Assembly: GCA_030390025.1 (NCBI GenBank)
Contig: CM059432.1
Coordinates: 101,682,001-101,746,000 of the forward strand
Reading direction: 5' to 3'
DNA from: Squalus acanthias
Taxonomy: Eukaryota
Length of the DNA stretch: 64,000 bases
Within the stretch, counting starts at the first letter, position 1. Every line of letters begins with the position of its first letter. The position numbers and the translations under genes are program-made. The notes under the pieces are model-generated. The model worked only from the letters and a program-made list of their open reading frames with translations. It was not told where the DNA came from and made no database searches. Below, piece after piece: positions 23,378 through 37,123 of this stretch.

Positions 23378-24940
23378 AGAATCACAGAATCATACAAACT
23401 TACAGCACAGAAGGAGGCCATTTGTCCCATCGTGCCTGTGCTGGCTCTTTAAAAGAGCAGTTGTGCTTAGTCCTACATCCCCACTTTTTGTCCATAGCCC
23501 TGTAAGTTCCTCATCCTCAAATACCTGTCCAACTCCCTTTTAAAATTATTTATGGAATCAACTTCCACCACCTTTTCATATAGAGCGTTCCAGATCCCGA
23601 CAACTCTGAGTGAAAAGATTTCTCATCTCCCCTCTAGATCTTTTGCCAATGATTTTGAATCTATGACCTCTAGTTATTGTTCCACTTGCCAGAGGGAATA
23701 ATACTTCTCTATCTACTCTATCAAAACCTCTCATCATCTTGAAAACCTCTATTAGGTCACCTCTTAACATTCTCTCTTCCAAAGAGAACAGTCTTAACTT
23801 TTCCAGCCTCCTCATAACTGAAGTCCCTCATCCCTGGTAACATCCTGGTAAACCTGCTTACTGATGCCCAGTTTGGGTTCCGCCAAGAGCACTCTGCTCC
23901 CGACCTCATTACAGCCTTGGTCCAAGCATGGACAAAGGAGCTGAATTCCAGAGGTGAGGTGAGAGTGACTGCCCTTGACGTCAAGGCAGCATTTGACCGA
24001 GTGTGGCATGAAGGAGCCCGAGTAAAACTGAAGTCAATGGGAAGCGGAGGGAAAACGCTCCACTGGCTGGAGTCATACCTAGCACAAAGGAAGATGGTTG
24101 TGGTGATTGAAGGTCAATCATCACAGCCCCAGGACATCGCTGCAGGAGTTCTCAGGGCAGTGTCCTAGGCCCAACCATCTTCAGCTGCTTCATCAATGAC
24201 CTTCCCTCCAACATAAGGTCAGAAATGGGGATGTTCGCTGATGACTGCACAGTGTTCAGTGCCATTCACAACTCCTCAGATAATGAAGCAGTCCATGCCT
24301 GCATGTAACAAGACCTGGACGACATTCAAGCTTGGGCTGATAAGTGGCAGGTAACATTCGCGCCGCACACATGCCAGGCAATGACTATCGCCAACAAGCG
24401 AGAGTCTAACCACTGCCCCTTGACATTCAATGGCATTACCATCGCCGAATCCCCCACCATCAACATCCTGGGGGGTCACCATTGACCAGAAACTTAACTG
24501 GACCAGCCACATAAATACTGTGGCAACAAGAGCAGGACGAGACTAGGTATTCTGCGGCGAGTGTCTCACCTCCTGACTCCCCAGAGCCTTTCCACCATCT
24601 ACAAGGCACAAGTAAGGAGTGTGATGGTATACTCTCCACTTGCCTGGATGAGTGCAGCTCAAACAACACTCAAGAAGCTCGACACCATACAGGACAAAGC
24701 AGGGATGGGCAATAAATGCTGGCCTTGCCAGTGACTCCCACATCCCATAAAAAAACAAATAAAAAAAAAACCTCCTCTGTACCCTTTCTAATGCCTTTAC
24801 ATCTTTCCCGAAGTGTGGTGCCCAGAATTGTCCACAATACTCCAGCTGAGGCCTAACCAATGATTTATAAAGTTCTAACATGATCTCTTTGTTTTTATAT
24901 TTTATTCCTCTATTTATAAACTCAAGTAACCCATATCCCA
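23378..24940 (-). mobile_element. CR1 3' fragment split by another LINE
   Basis: LRLFSLEERMLRGDLIEVFK and LVRPQLEYCGQFW flank the insert; tail agaatcacagaatcata. Confidence 0.85.
23856..24767 (+). mobile_element. 5'-truncated RT fragment of the tRNA-headed LINE family
   Basis: ALDVKAAFDRVWH and MFADD; tail gggcaataaatgctggcc...cacatccc plus poly(A); aaacct repeated at both junctions. Confidence 0.85.
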
Positions 24941-27422
24941 TTATATTGCAGGGTAGTTTCTACAACAGGTGGTCCCAATTTAAAATGACGTCACTGCCAT
25001 CAGCAGCAAACTGTTAGGTGCTGCATAAATCATTTTTTGTAGGCTTTTTGTGAGCCATAATATTGCAGTAATTTTCCTGTCATAAGTGTTGTAAAATGGA
25101 ATATGGTGTTTACAATAATGAATAGGAACAGTAAATAAATAATAGTAACAACATTTTAGGGCACATATTCAGGAAAAAGGTTCATAATATATCGTGACAA
25201 GAAAAAGGAAATGCCATTGCATTAACAAAATGTTGAGGTATTAGTATGGCGTTCAAATATTCGCAAACAACTGGAGTTAATGAAATAAACTGAAATGTAT
25301 ATATTGACTGTACTACTTTTCAGCAATCCAATGGTTGATTATAAATTAAGTGTGAATTCCAGAAACTTGTCAATACTTTCATACATGAACAGCATGAAGA
25401 TCTTAGCTTTGATGTCTACCATGACAGATATAAGTAACAAACATGCACCCTGTAAATGCACCCTGTACTCCCTTCCCAAGATGCTATTAGTAGATAGTTG
25501 TAAAATCAATACCCTACAATGATTTAGAATCAGAATTACATTTCAGAATCAGAGTTGACTCATACCATGTCCTCATGGTTTAAAACATCACCTATCCCCT
25601 CCCCAGTCCATTGATGATGAGTATCAATGGAAAATTAATAGAACGGTTCTATTAGGGTACTGTATATTCACAAACAAAAGCAGTCTGTATATTCTGTCAT
25701 TCCAAGTTAGAGGGATCAATAAAGAAAAGAAGGAAGAACAGTTATTCTAGCTCTGTGATGCATTGATAAAGACATTTCTTCATGGCCTCTGTAGTCATAG
25801 AAGTGTGAAAATGCATTCTACTGCATTAACTACAGTAGGACTTTTCTTCATTCACAGAATTCATTTTGAGCATTCATCTCTATTATACATGTGCTCACAA
25901 TCTGTATTTAACAAGGACAAATCAGGTTCTACGATCATGTGTGCAGGAAAACATCAAAACCTATTTTTATTATACAAGCTTTTTTAAAATCCTGCTTTTC
26001 AACCGCACTTTCATACAGAATGATTCAGCTAGGCTGGAAACATAGATAGTGCCCAGACCACCAAAATGCAATTTATCACATGGAATTTCTTTCAACCTGG
26101 CTGAGTCACATACATTCTCACCGAAGCAATAAAAGAGTGAAAGAAAAAAAGAGAGAAGTACAGCTGGACTTAAATTTTATTCCTGTTTAATTTAACTTTC
26201 CAAGCAAACTTTAAAATCAAATATGGCATACCTTATATTATTCCATTTACCTTGGTCTCCTCTACAATTATTCATGTGTGATGAGTAATAGATTGGTATG
26301 CAATTACTATACTCTGCTCTACAATTACAAGTGTGTGATGAGGAATAGATTGGTGTATAATTATGATGTTGAAAAGGAGAGATTTATTCACTCAAACTAA
26401 ATCAAATCAAATCAAAGGGGTAAATGAGGTTGCAAATCATTCAATCACCATTGCTGATAAGATCGATGTAAACAGAATGATAAAGTAAACTTGCTAGATT
26501 TTGAAAGTGGGCTTGGAAGCTGTTGTGATCAAAGCATTATCAATTATTCAGGGTCATCAAATTAATGGCACATAATCAACTGATTGGTATCCTACCTGAT
26601 CATAAAAATTAGGCCAAATATATTAACAGTGTTTTCGTTTCTATGCTTTTTCTTTTTCTTGGTTGTTTCACTACTATGTGTTTAGAAATAATGAAATACA
26701 GGGAAATAGTACACATCATAATTAGGAAACATCTGATCAAGATTTTGGAACACTAAATATTTTATGCTTTTCTTCAATAATTAAATCACAATCGCATAGT
26801 CTTTATGATACAACACCGCTCAACACAACATATGTTCTGACATCTGACAACCCCCAAAACTCCACTTACATCTATATAATTAAAAATTTATATCTATTAA
26901 AAGTTTGCATCTCGTATGAATCTGATGTGTCCATAGAGTGAAAGCATGCTTACTGGCTAAAAATTTATATTCGTTAAAAACAATTAATAAAAATAAAAAC
27001 CCCTCTGAACTACACGCAGTGCGTACCATCATCAAAATATCCATTCACCAAGAAAAGGAACCAATCACATTCTTTAAAAAAAAATCAGTCTTTTCAGTGG
27101 CTATATTGGCTCCCCATCCACCATACAAGGTTCCCCTAAAGATAATATTTATGACATATTAAGCAGACAAAAAAGTTCAACAATAACCAAATTTACACAA
27201 ACCATACCCATTCAATTTTCAAAAGCCTCCAAGTGTTCCTGCACAGGCTTTTGCTTTCTCAGGATCCTTGGCCTTGCCTTCTATTCCATTGCAGGAGTTA
27301 TAATCTTCTAGCTCGGCACCCCACATGATGTTTTAAACATGCGTGATCTCAGTGCGCTTGAACACTTGTGCAACCACAGTGTTAGTCAACATCAGTTGCA
27401 CTTGCCAACCTCAGAGAAAGTT

Positions 27423-28003
27423 GGGGCAGAAATTCCATTCCCTACAGGTGTGTACGCGCTGTGAACTCACCCGTAGGGCCAACGGAAATGTCGGTTTTAG
27501 GCATGCGCTGGAAACCGGCATTTCCGATCTGTCAAGAAAACACTTACAATTCTTGCGCCTGGTTTTACCAGGATAAGAGTTGATAAAAGTTTTAAAAAAA
27601 AATTTCCACTGATTTATCATTTAAAAATACTTTAAAGAAAGGTAAGTTTACTTTTAGTCCCGTTAAAAACTTTAATTATTTTTTTCAAAAAATAAAATTT
27701 TTGTTTAAAATACTTAATTTATTGTAATTTAAAGTCATTTTAAAAATGTGATTTAAAAAAAATTATTTAAGTTTTCCTATGTTTTGGGGGTGATCTCTAT
27801 TCATATATTTGACAGGTTTTCCTGTCAAATGTATGAAGGGAGATTCCCTTCTCTGATTGGCTCCTCATGGTCCACGTGATCCCAGGGACGCTGCAAACCA
27901 CCTGCGAACTCTGCGCCTCCCGGGAGCCCTCCGGTCCAGGCGCAGATTTTTCCAGATCGCAGCCCTCCGCCCACAGGAGGCCTGCGAACGGAATTTCTGG
28001 GCC
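27423..28003 (-). mobile_element. Harbinger-type MITE
   Basis: Ends ggggcagaaattcc / ggaatttctgggcc; reverse-orientation relative of 16057-16673. Confidence 0.7.
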
Positions 28004-28146
28004 AATGAGATGCAATTAGGAAGAAGGACAAAGAGGGGAAAAAAAAGTGAGACTTAATGAGAAAAGAGAAAATAAAAGAGAGAATGGAATGGTGAAAACG
28101 AGGGATGATAGATAGGGAAATTAAGGAGTCAAAGAGAGAAGTAAAG

Positions 28147-28918
28147 AGAATCATACAGCACAGAAGGCCATTCGGCCCATCATGCCTATGCCGGCTCTTT
28201 GAAAGTGCTATCCAATTAGTCCCACTCCCCTGCTCTTTCCCCATAGCTCAGCATGTTTTTCCCTTTTCAAGTATTTATCCAATTCCCTTTTGAAAGTTAC
28301 TATTGAATCTGCTTCCACCACCCTTTCAGGAGGTGCATTCCGGACCATAACTCACTGCATAAAAAAATGCTTCCTCACGTCACCTCTGGTTCTTTTGCCC
28401 ATTACCTTAAATCTGTGTCCTTTGGTTACTGACCCTTCTACCACTGGAAACAGTTTCTCCCTATGCACTTTATCAAAACCCAACCTAATTTTGAACACCT
28501 GTATTAAATCTCCCCTAAACCTTCTCTATTTTAAGGAAAACAATCCCAGCTTCTCTCATCTCTCCACATAACTGAAGTCCCTCATCCCTGGTACCATTCT
28601 AGTAAATCTCCTCTGCACTCTCTCAAAGGCCTTGGCATCGTTCCTAATATTGGATGCAATACTCCAGCTGAGGCCTAACCATTGATTTATAAAGGTTTAC
28701 CATAACTTCCTCGCTTTTGTACTCAATTCCTCTATTTATAAAGCCCAGGATCCCGCATTTTTTTTCAACAGCCTTATCAACTTGTCCTGCCACCTTCAAA
28801 GATTTGTGTATGTGAACCCGCAAGTCTCACTTTTCATGTACTCCCTTTAAAATTGTACCATTTAGTTTATATTGCCTCTCCTCATTTTTCCCTCCAAAAT
28901 GCATCACTTCACACTTCT
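28147..28918 (-). mobile_element. CR1 3' fragment
   Basis: Tail agaatcatacagcacagaaggccattcggccc; colinear with 23378-23850. Confidence 0.85.
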
Positions 28919-29896
28919 AAGGGAGTTATAAGAACAAGTACAATTTTGAGAGAGGCATACAGTGAGCAAGAGAGAGAGAGAGAGAAAAAGATGGGCACAT
29001 GGAACAAGTGGAAGATATATAAGAAAAGTTAAAAAAATAACATTACATAGGGTGTGTGAGGAACAGTTACAAGAAGCCTGAGACAGATTTATTTTTATAC
29101 TTCATTATGAGCCACACCACGGGATATAAGCTACAATTGTAAACAGTGATACAGATTGGAGTATCTTTCAAAGTGATAAAAATCTCAAACAATTGCTATG
29201 CAACTGCCTTCTAACATACTCATTATTATTTTCTCTATTTGGCATTTCATTTAATTCTCTCAACTTATTTTACTCATACAATTATGCATGGTCAGAATTG
29301 GAATACAACTAAAGTTTTATTTAGTCATGCTTAGCAGTGTAATGTCTTCTTTTGTGAAAATCTTTGGTGATAATGAACTGAATGATTGAAGAACAACTAA
29401 ATGGTAATTTCTGTGTTTAAGAAAAACAAATCTACACAGTGATAATGCACAAAGGTATTTAAAGAGCTTGTTGCAACTCATACATTTTATACTACTAATA
29501 TATGACTACCAAGGACATTACCTGCAGTACTCTGGTAAATCTCATGTGGCACTGTCTTCCTGTCTTGATATCTTGTCATGTCATGCTCTGCAGCCTTATC
29601 CATTGCCACCAGCAGAGCAATCAAAAGAATCATTACCTTGCTACAGTCTTTTAAAAATCAAGTGAATGTTATCAGCCTGCCTGCATCGACTGCTGAATGA
29701 TGCTGGAGGTTTTGTTGATCATTTGAACTCAACAAAGATTTATTTTGGCCGTAGCACTCGTAAATATTGCAGCATTAACTCCAGTACCCTTTTTACTGGT
29801 AAAACAATCCAATGACAGGCTGATGTGGGAGTAGTGCTGGAGAAAGCCAGATTATTTATTTTCCTTAGCTTTTCCTGCGGCTACCACCCAGGATAT

Positions 29897-30619
29897 GGGA
29901 GCAATTTTTGTATCCCTACCGCCCTGTTTTCAACTAAAAACCGGACAGCAGCAAGACCAGAATAGGGAGGGAAACAGAAGCACTGACTTTCCGCCAAGTT
30001 CCCACCCATTCCGAAATTTGGGTCAACCTTGATCCAGACGGTTGGAGTTTCCGCCGGAAAGAGAGAGGAGCCTCACGAATATATGATGTAGTTATGACTC
30101 CCCACCCCCCGCCGGTATTTTCTTCTTTGTCAGATTATCACCAGTTTCTGCCCACCAAAGATGGATGGTAGAAGTCGGGAGGTGGCCATTTTGGATGCCT
30201 ATTAAAGGATCTTCACCCGCAGTCGGGGAAAGTAGGTTTGGCACACTTATTTTTGCAGTTTTGCTTGTAGGCTTTGAGGCTTAAGATCTTCCACCTTTAA
30301 TGGCTTTGCTGCTGTAATTATTGCAAATATTTTGCCTCCTCCTCAAGACTGCTGATTCCTTTCACTCCTGATGCTTCCCCCCTGCCCTTTAAAGTGCTCC
30401 TGCAGGCTCTTCAAAGTGAGTTACTTTGTTGGATTTCCTGTTCCTAGATCGGCTAGCTGCCTAAAGAGAGTGTATTTCACACCGGCAGCTCGCCGAATTC
30501 AGTTAAATGAGGCCTGACCATGAAAATGGCATGGGCCCGACACTGACTCCTGCGAGCTGGGCACAACATACGCTTTACCCACTGCCTGCCCAATTTATGC
30601 TAGAGATGAAATTGCCTCC
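29897..30619. mobile_element. Old Harbinger-type MITE
   Basis: Ends gggagcaattt / aaattgcctcc, flanks tat/aat. Confidence 0.5.
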
Positions 30620-30775
30620 AATATATCTTGCCCAAGTCTGCCCTATGATTGTATACAATAGTGAACTGTCCTTTAAATACAATTGTAGGCATCCAGAAAC
30701 ACGATCACCTATGGGTTCAATGCTTCTATCCCAGCATATATTAACAAAGCGCAAATGCATAATGGGTAGGCAAGT

Positions 30776-30926
<151 letters not shown>

Positions 30927-31875
30927 TATGTAGGTGTAGATATGTATAGGTGCATGTATGTAGATATGTACTTATGTAAATATAGACCTCACCTCCATTT
31001 GTTACTTTTGTGGAAAATCCTAATACACCCAAGACATAATAGATTTCAGCCAAATCTAATGTTCCCTACTTAAAATAAAGCCATCTATATTTACAGATTA
31101 GATTTAAGTCCCACACTTGAAATGATGAAACTGCAATCATAATGATGCAATCACAGATATAAATCACATCTGTTTCATAAAAAGTTCTTTGTAACAATAC
31201 TCAACAAGTTATATTTATGTTTTATATTCTTATGTTATGGTAAATATATTTGCTGTGTGATATTGCATTACAGAATAGAACCAGTCATTTTATTTCCCCC
31301 ATCCACTTCTATCAAATATTTACATTATTACAGTAACTCCAATTGCTTCAAAATATCAAAAAATGTATACTTTTTTACAGTAATGAATAGCAGCCTAAAA
31401 ATAATCCAGTACCATATTAGAGGTGGTTTCTTTCCCTTTCCCCTTTGTCTAATGTAGTGCCACTTTGGGGGGAAAACACATCAATGTTGTTCTAAGGTGC
31501 AACATAATGTTAGTTACTGTGATTTAAAAATACAGTCCACCAAACAGAACTGCACTTTAGCCTTTTAGTTTTAAAGACAATTCACACCCCAGCATACGCA
31601 AGACACATATGCAAGACTAATGAACTTCAACCAAATTCAAAGCAAATTCAAATGGTTGTTGACTGTGATAGACATCTATGATGAAGAACTCAGATTAGAC
31701 ATGGTTGCCAAACCTTTCTGGTCCTGGCTATTGTTTGACAAAAATGTGTAGCATGGTTCCAGCTACTATGATACAAGGCAGTCAGACACCATACCAACAC
31801 ACCATTCCATCCATTTCCCTTCAACTGATCACCTCCCTCAAGAGATTGAATGATTTGGGAAACAGTTGTTGTGGA

Positions 31876-32296
31876 GGCAACACGGTGTCATAGTGGTTAG
31901 CACTGGTGCCTCACAGCGCCAGAGACCCGGGTTCGAATCTGACCTCGGGTGACTGTCTGTGTGGAGTTTGCACATTCTCCCCGTGTCTGCGTGGGTTTCC
32001 TCCGGGTGCTCCGGTTTCCTCCCACAGTCCAAAAATGTGTGGGTTAGGTTGATTTGGCTATGATAAATTGACCCTTAGTGTTAGGGGGGATTAAATATGT
32101 GGGGTTATGGGGATAGGATGGGATATGTTAGGGGGAATTAAATACGTGGGGTTACGGGGGTAGGGTGGGATATGTGTACTGTGGGGATTAAAGCAGGGAC
32201 AGGGTACTGGATTTGGATGATCAGCCATGATCGTATTGAATGGCGGAGCAGGCTCGAATAGCCTACTCCTGCTCCTAGATTCTATGTTGCTATGTT
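31876..32296 (+). mobile_element. V-SINE (HE1-like) with CR1-derived tail
   Basis: tRNA head (tagtggtta, ggttcgaatc), V domain gtgtggagtttgcacattctccccgtgtctgcgtgggtttcctccggg, CR1-type 3' end gatcagccatgatcgtattgaatggcggagcaggc. Confidence 0.9.
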
Positions 32297-35200
32297 TAAC
32301 ATACTTGATGGGCTGTAATTGATTTTTCTTCTACACTTTTTCATATTCTTTCATGTGGATGCACAGTAAGCAGTTTGTGATGAATGATATTCAGTCCCTT
32401 TGGCTTTCTGTCTCCTGGAAATTTTCATCTGCAGGGCCATTATAACCTAAAAAAGTAGGTTAAACCCTTCATATGAACATGCATACGAAAACAAGAGCGA
32501 GAAAGCTTACTCTGTTAGACGTGCAGCCTTGTTCACCACTCTTATAATGGGTATAGTTTGTTACTTATCAATATAAACATGTCAATGTAATTGCTTTTTG
32601 ACACAAACTTCTTGATTTTTTCATAACCAATTTACTAATGCTCCCTGGATGGAGCAGTGTGTCTGAAGAATACTTACTTTATATCAATACATTTCACATT
32701 TTTTGTTGTTAGTAATATCTACGTACCTCCATTCCATAAGAATTTCATACCTATTACTCAGCATTTCTATTTTGCTGTAGGCAACAGGAATAAATTAGAG
32801 CAACAACTTGAACCTATTAGAAATGAACTTACGAAGCACGATCTCTCTTTTAGGATGCTACCAGTATCCTTTCATCACATGACCCTTATAAGAATAAAGT
32901 CTAAAGTGAGAACAAGCCATTCGGCCATCAAACTGCTTCATCCAAAGCCCACGTACGAGTGCATTTATACTACACCTACCAGTTCTGACTACTAGCTGCA
33001 GTGTCCATTTTGACCAGTTATTACCTTGTTTCTTCTTTCTGGCTCCAATTGAAATTCTACCACCCCAGAGAGAGCTCTGCACATACTCACAGGCCTGCGC
33101 AGTGCTCCGCACCTAGCCATTAACATTGAAATTGAAACAAACTTGAGTACGTTTAAAGAGTGCTTAGGAGGTCCAGCACACCCCCTGGCATTTTTCTTTT
33201 ATCCAAGTGTGACATCACACTGAAGTTATATTTCATGCAGTGTCAAGTCCAAACAGTATGAAGCTACCCTTCCTCACACGGTTCCCTTCAGGCTGGGAAC
33301 CAATTCTGGAGTTGTACTACAATGTTAATGTTACTATAAATAATCCTGATGATTGTTCTATCCTGGGCTGCTCCTCATTCCCAGCATCTGTTGATCCCCT
33401 AATTGAAGGAACACTAAGTCCCTTTCTCTTGCTGCAATAAAAAACCTTCAATCCCCCTTTGTAACAAATATCAATCCAGCTCCCCTTTAAAGATGTCATT
33501 TGACCATTCTCGGGCAATTTGTTCCACATAACATTTGGGGAATTTTGTTTTTCTAATTGTTAATTTTGCTCGAGACTTTTGAATTTTGTACTTGCGCCTT
33601 CTTGTCCTATGCTCATTGTGCTATTCTTCAGAGAATGCTGAAGTCATATAATCAGAAGTTGAACTGAATATTTTCAGCAGCTTTTACCAAGATGTTGTAA
33701 TGTTCAACAGTTCTTATACGTTGATCTTCAGCTAGAGATAAGAGAATTTTCCTTTGCGTGCAACTACGGTGAACATGCTGCACATTTGAGGTTACATAAG
33801 CAGCGTTAAGGTTATCCTTGACCTCTTTCAACATAAAGATGGGAAACAACATTCTTTGCTGCCATTAGAACTCCAATCGTCACTTCTGTACCATATAACA
33901 TAGTGTTAGTTATATCAGGCCTCAATCCCTAGAAGGGGACATATTAAGCTGTAGGAAGTTCTGAGCAGTTATTGAAGGATGACATTGTTCGCAACCAAAA
34001 AAAGAAAACTAACAAAGTAATCTGAATGGTAGCTTTCAAAATTACTGCAACAGAACTGACCTGTCTATTCTGATTTTTGTGTAGTCTCATTCAAGGCAGT
34101 TTTCCAGAGAGAATTGGATAGAAATATGGATTAGGTGCCCTCTCAACTGTGGCTATTGTGAGAATAATGAAAAACAAAACATATCCAAAAATCTAAAATA
34201 TAAGCACTCAATTTGGGTGATAATGAAGCTCTGCTATGTAACTTAAGAAATAAACAAAATGGTAACATTTAGTTACCTTGCACTAATAAATAAAGCTTGG
34301 AAATGGTTCAAGTGATTACATTCCTAAATCTTTAGAACAGTATATTCCTTGAACCATGGAGTCAAACAACTACCCTTGTATGCTTACAGAATCATATGAC
34401 AAAATTAATGGAAGAGAATTTAGACTGATGAGGAAACATCAAATTAACCTCAGGATCATAGAGATGTAAATGGGTTATTCGGTTGTTAATTTATCTTCCA
34501 GACAAAACATTCAACAGATATAACAACATTTTTCATAATTTCTAAGATCAAAATTTATAGGATTAGAAGTGTTTCATGGGAATGATGTTGTTATGGTTTA
34601 TATAAACAATAACTTAAATATTGAAGTTGATACTATAAATGTGGCATTACTACCTTGTGCAATAAATTATTCCCATTTATCCTTTCTAGAAATGTGGAAA
34701 TTAGTTTTTCCTTCCTTATTGAACTGGAAACACATTGTTAAAACTTGGGTCTATCTTGTCCAGGTAAAAACAATCTGAGGTTTGGCGTGCTTCAGGGAGC
34801 TTTATTGGAACCACTAGCTTTTGCTATCAACCAATAATTCACCATTAGTAATGTCATCACCACTGTTACTGGAATATCATAACTACAAGGTGATAACAAC
34901 CCAGAATTAATTGCAAATAAATTGTTAGATAATAAAACTTAGATATAGATCATTAAGTGAAAATCAGAACTCTGACCATTAAAAACTCACATAGCATTGT
35001 TTAGACTAAAAAAATTGCCAGTGAAACTCAGTTTAATATTTTGATTAGAAACTGAATCTGAAAAAGTTAAAACTTGAAAGATATATTGGTTATGTGAATG
35101 ATAAACTAACATTTGGGGATCATTTAGTCAAGGTTCATTATTTTCTAAACCTAGTTTGTACTGAGACGTATTATTTGGAAGAGACAAAGTTGTTTCTTTA

Positions 35201-35758
35201 AATCCATAACTGCCAGCTTCCGAAACATGCAGTACACTACTGAATTGCTCTAGCAGAGCCAGCTCAGCCTTGACAAGTTGAATTACCTCTTTCTGTGCTG
35301 CAAAGTTCTATGGTACCATAGGTCAGTAATAAAACTAATTGGAAAGCTTCATAATCACAGCTGTACAGTTTTAGTTGAGTTTGCTTTTGTAATACCTGTA
35401 TATCAAAAGCAGATTCTATAAATTTTGAAATGGAGTGAAAGCTCTGCGCAGTTATGGTTCAAAATAGTGCTTTCTAATTTGGTGCCCGACATTTAAAGAC
35501 CTCAAACAAAATGTCCAATATAATAGTACAAGTTCACAATGCGTAGCAATGTAATGTGCAGCAGGTTACCATCTACATATTGTTTAAAGACTGAGAAATT
35601 ATCTTCTCCAATGGTGTAGAGTGGAACACTCTCCTCTTACCAGAAAGATGAGTTAACATGCTGTCAGTGCTCAAATTCTGGCCTGATACTTTATACAATG
35701 CCAACCTGTGTGCACTAAACATCATTTCCGGAATCCAAATTCCTTGTGAAAATCCCTG

Positions 35759-36507
35759 GGGGGAAAAATTCAGCTGCTTGCGCCTCCCGTTAGCGCCTTA
35801 AGAGGGCGCTAATGGGGCGTAAAGCAGCTAACGCCCAGGCGCAGCGCCGCCCACGCCTCCCGAAAAATTCAGCGGGAGGTTAGCGGCGGCGCCAGCCGGT
35901 AGCGCCCTGTGGCGCTGCGCCGCCGGCGATGACGTCATCGCCGTGCGCAGCACCCCGCTCGCGCTCCAGCCGCGATCTTCAGTGGCGCCCCCTGATTTAC
36001 CGCCAGACGCTATGTCCGACGGGTTCAGGGAGGCGTACGTGCGGCCGGGGCGGCGATATTTAAAGGGGAGGTGGCAGGCGGCCATTTTTGTTGCTGGCCG
36101 CCTGCCAGCACCTGCCCCCGGCCCCCGTGAAGCCCCCCCACCGTGAAGTGCCGACTGCGCTCCAAGAGCCCGGCACTTCTCTTGAGTGCCGGGCTCTTTT
36201 GCCGGCACTCCCGATCCCTGGGGGCCCAGCTGGGCCCCGGTTCGCGCTGCGCAGGGTCCCTCCCCTTTAAGAAGGGGAGGAAGGCCTGCAATACCGCGGC
36301 GCGACGTGCCGCAGCGCCACGTAGCGCCAGGATATTCACTCGCAGCGCCCCAAGAGGGATGCGGGGTGCTTCCAGTGGCGCCCCGCTTCCCTCTTGGGGC
36401 GCAACCACTGAAGTTCCGGCGCGGGGCCGCTAATTTTTTCGGGGCGCTAAAAGTCGCGCCCCGGCGAGGTTAGCGCCCCAAATGGGGCGCGACTCAATTT
36501 TTACCCT
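35759..36507. mobile_element. GC/CpG-rich Harbinger MITE
   Basis: TIRs gggggaaaaatt / aatttttaccct; perfect TSD CTG (35756-35758, 36508-36510); first ~85 bp nearly identical to the reverse complement of the end of 61372-62265. Confidence 0.9.
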
Positions 36508-37123
36508 CTGATGTTTGTATGCATCAGGCTGATCATGAATAGTTTGAAAAAAACATTTGTTTACAATATTTTTGCAAACCAGGCATGAAGTCAAATGTAC
36601 ATAAATGCTCCTCCAGGATATTTGCAGGATAACATTGTATACTGCTATTTAATCTCCTAAGGCATAATCACATATAATTGGTCAGTCCACAATAATTCAG
36701 GATGCTAGATGTACGCTGGTCATACAGCTTGTTAATAATTCCACGTATACTATAACAGTAGGTAAACAGTTGGGTTTACATCAGGTTGATACTTGTCAAA
36801 CTATCCTCCATTTTCATGCTCAAGATTAATGCTAACAATGCATTTTTCTAAATAGAATTTTTGGCAGCCGCATAGTGAAGCTTTGAACGGACAATTTAAA
36901 TTTCACATCTGAACACCTTAAAGGGATTTTCCCCAGGATGGATAGTAATTCTCATTCTGGCAAAGAACTATGTTTGAGAATTGGAAGACCACCCCAGTAT
37001 CATTATCCCAAAGTTACCACTAAGAACGATCAAAAGATTATGCCAGTGTTGTTGCTGGCCTCTATTGATGGAAAAACTGATAATTTTGAAGAATGTGTAG
37101 AAAATGTTCAACAGTTGACTTGA

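Noticed and set aside
31876..31950. tRNA gene (also the heads at 18341 and 40301)
   Set aside because: No closing acceptor stem; each continues into a SINE or LINE body
33025..33900. Exon-like minus-strand segments (33025-33112, 33652-33852); similar segments at 27.2-27.4 kb and 50.6-50.7 kb
   Set aside because: No consistent phase chain, in-frame stops and no recognisable protein
35759..36507. Host CpG-island promoter or GC-rich ORFs
   Set aside because: GC-rich sequence is exactly bounded by TIRs and a TSD; the ORFs are compositional artefacts
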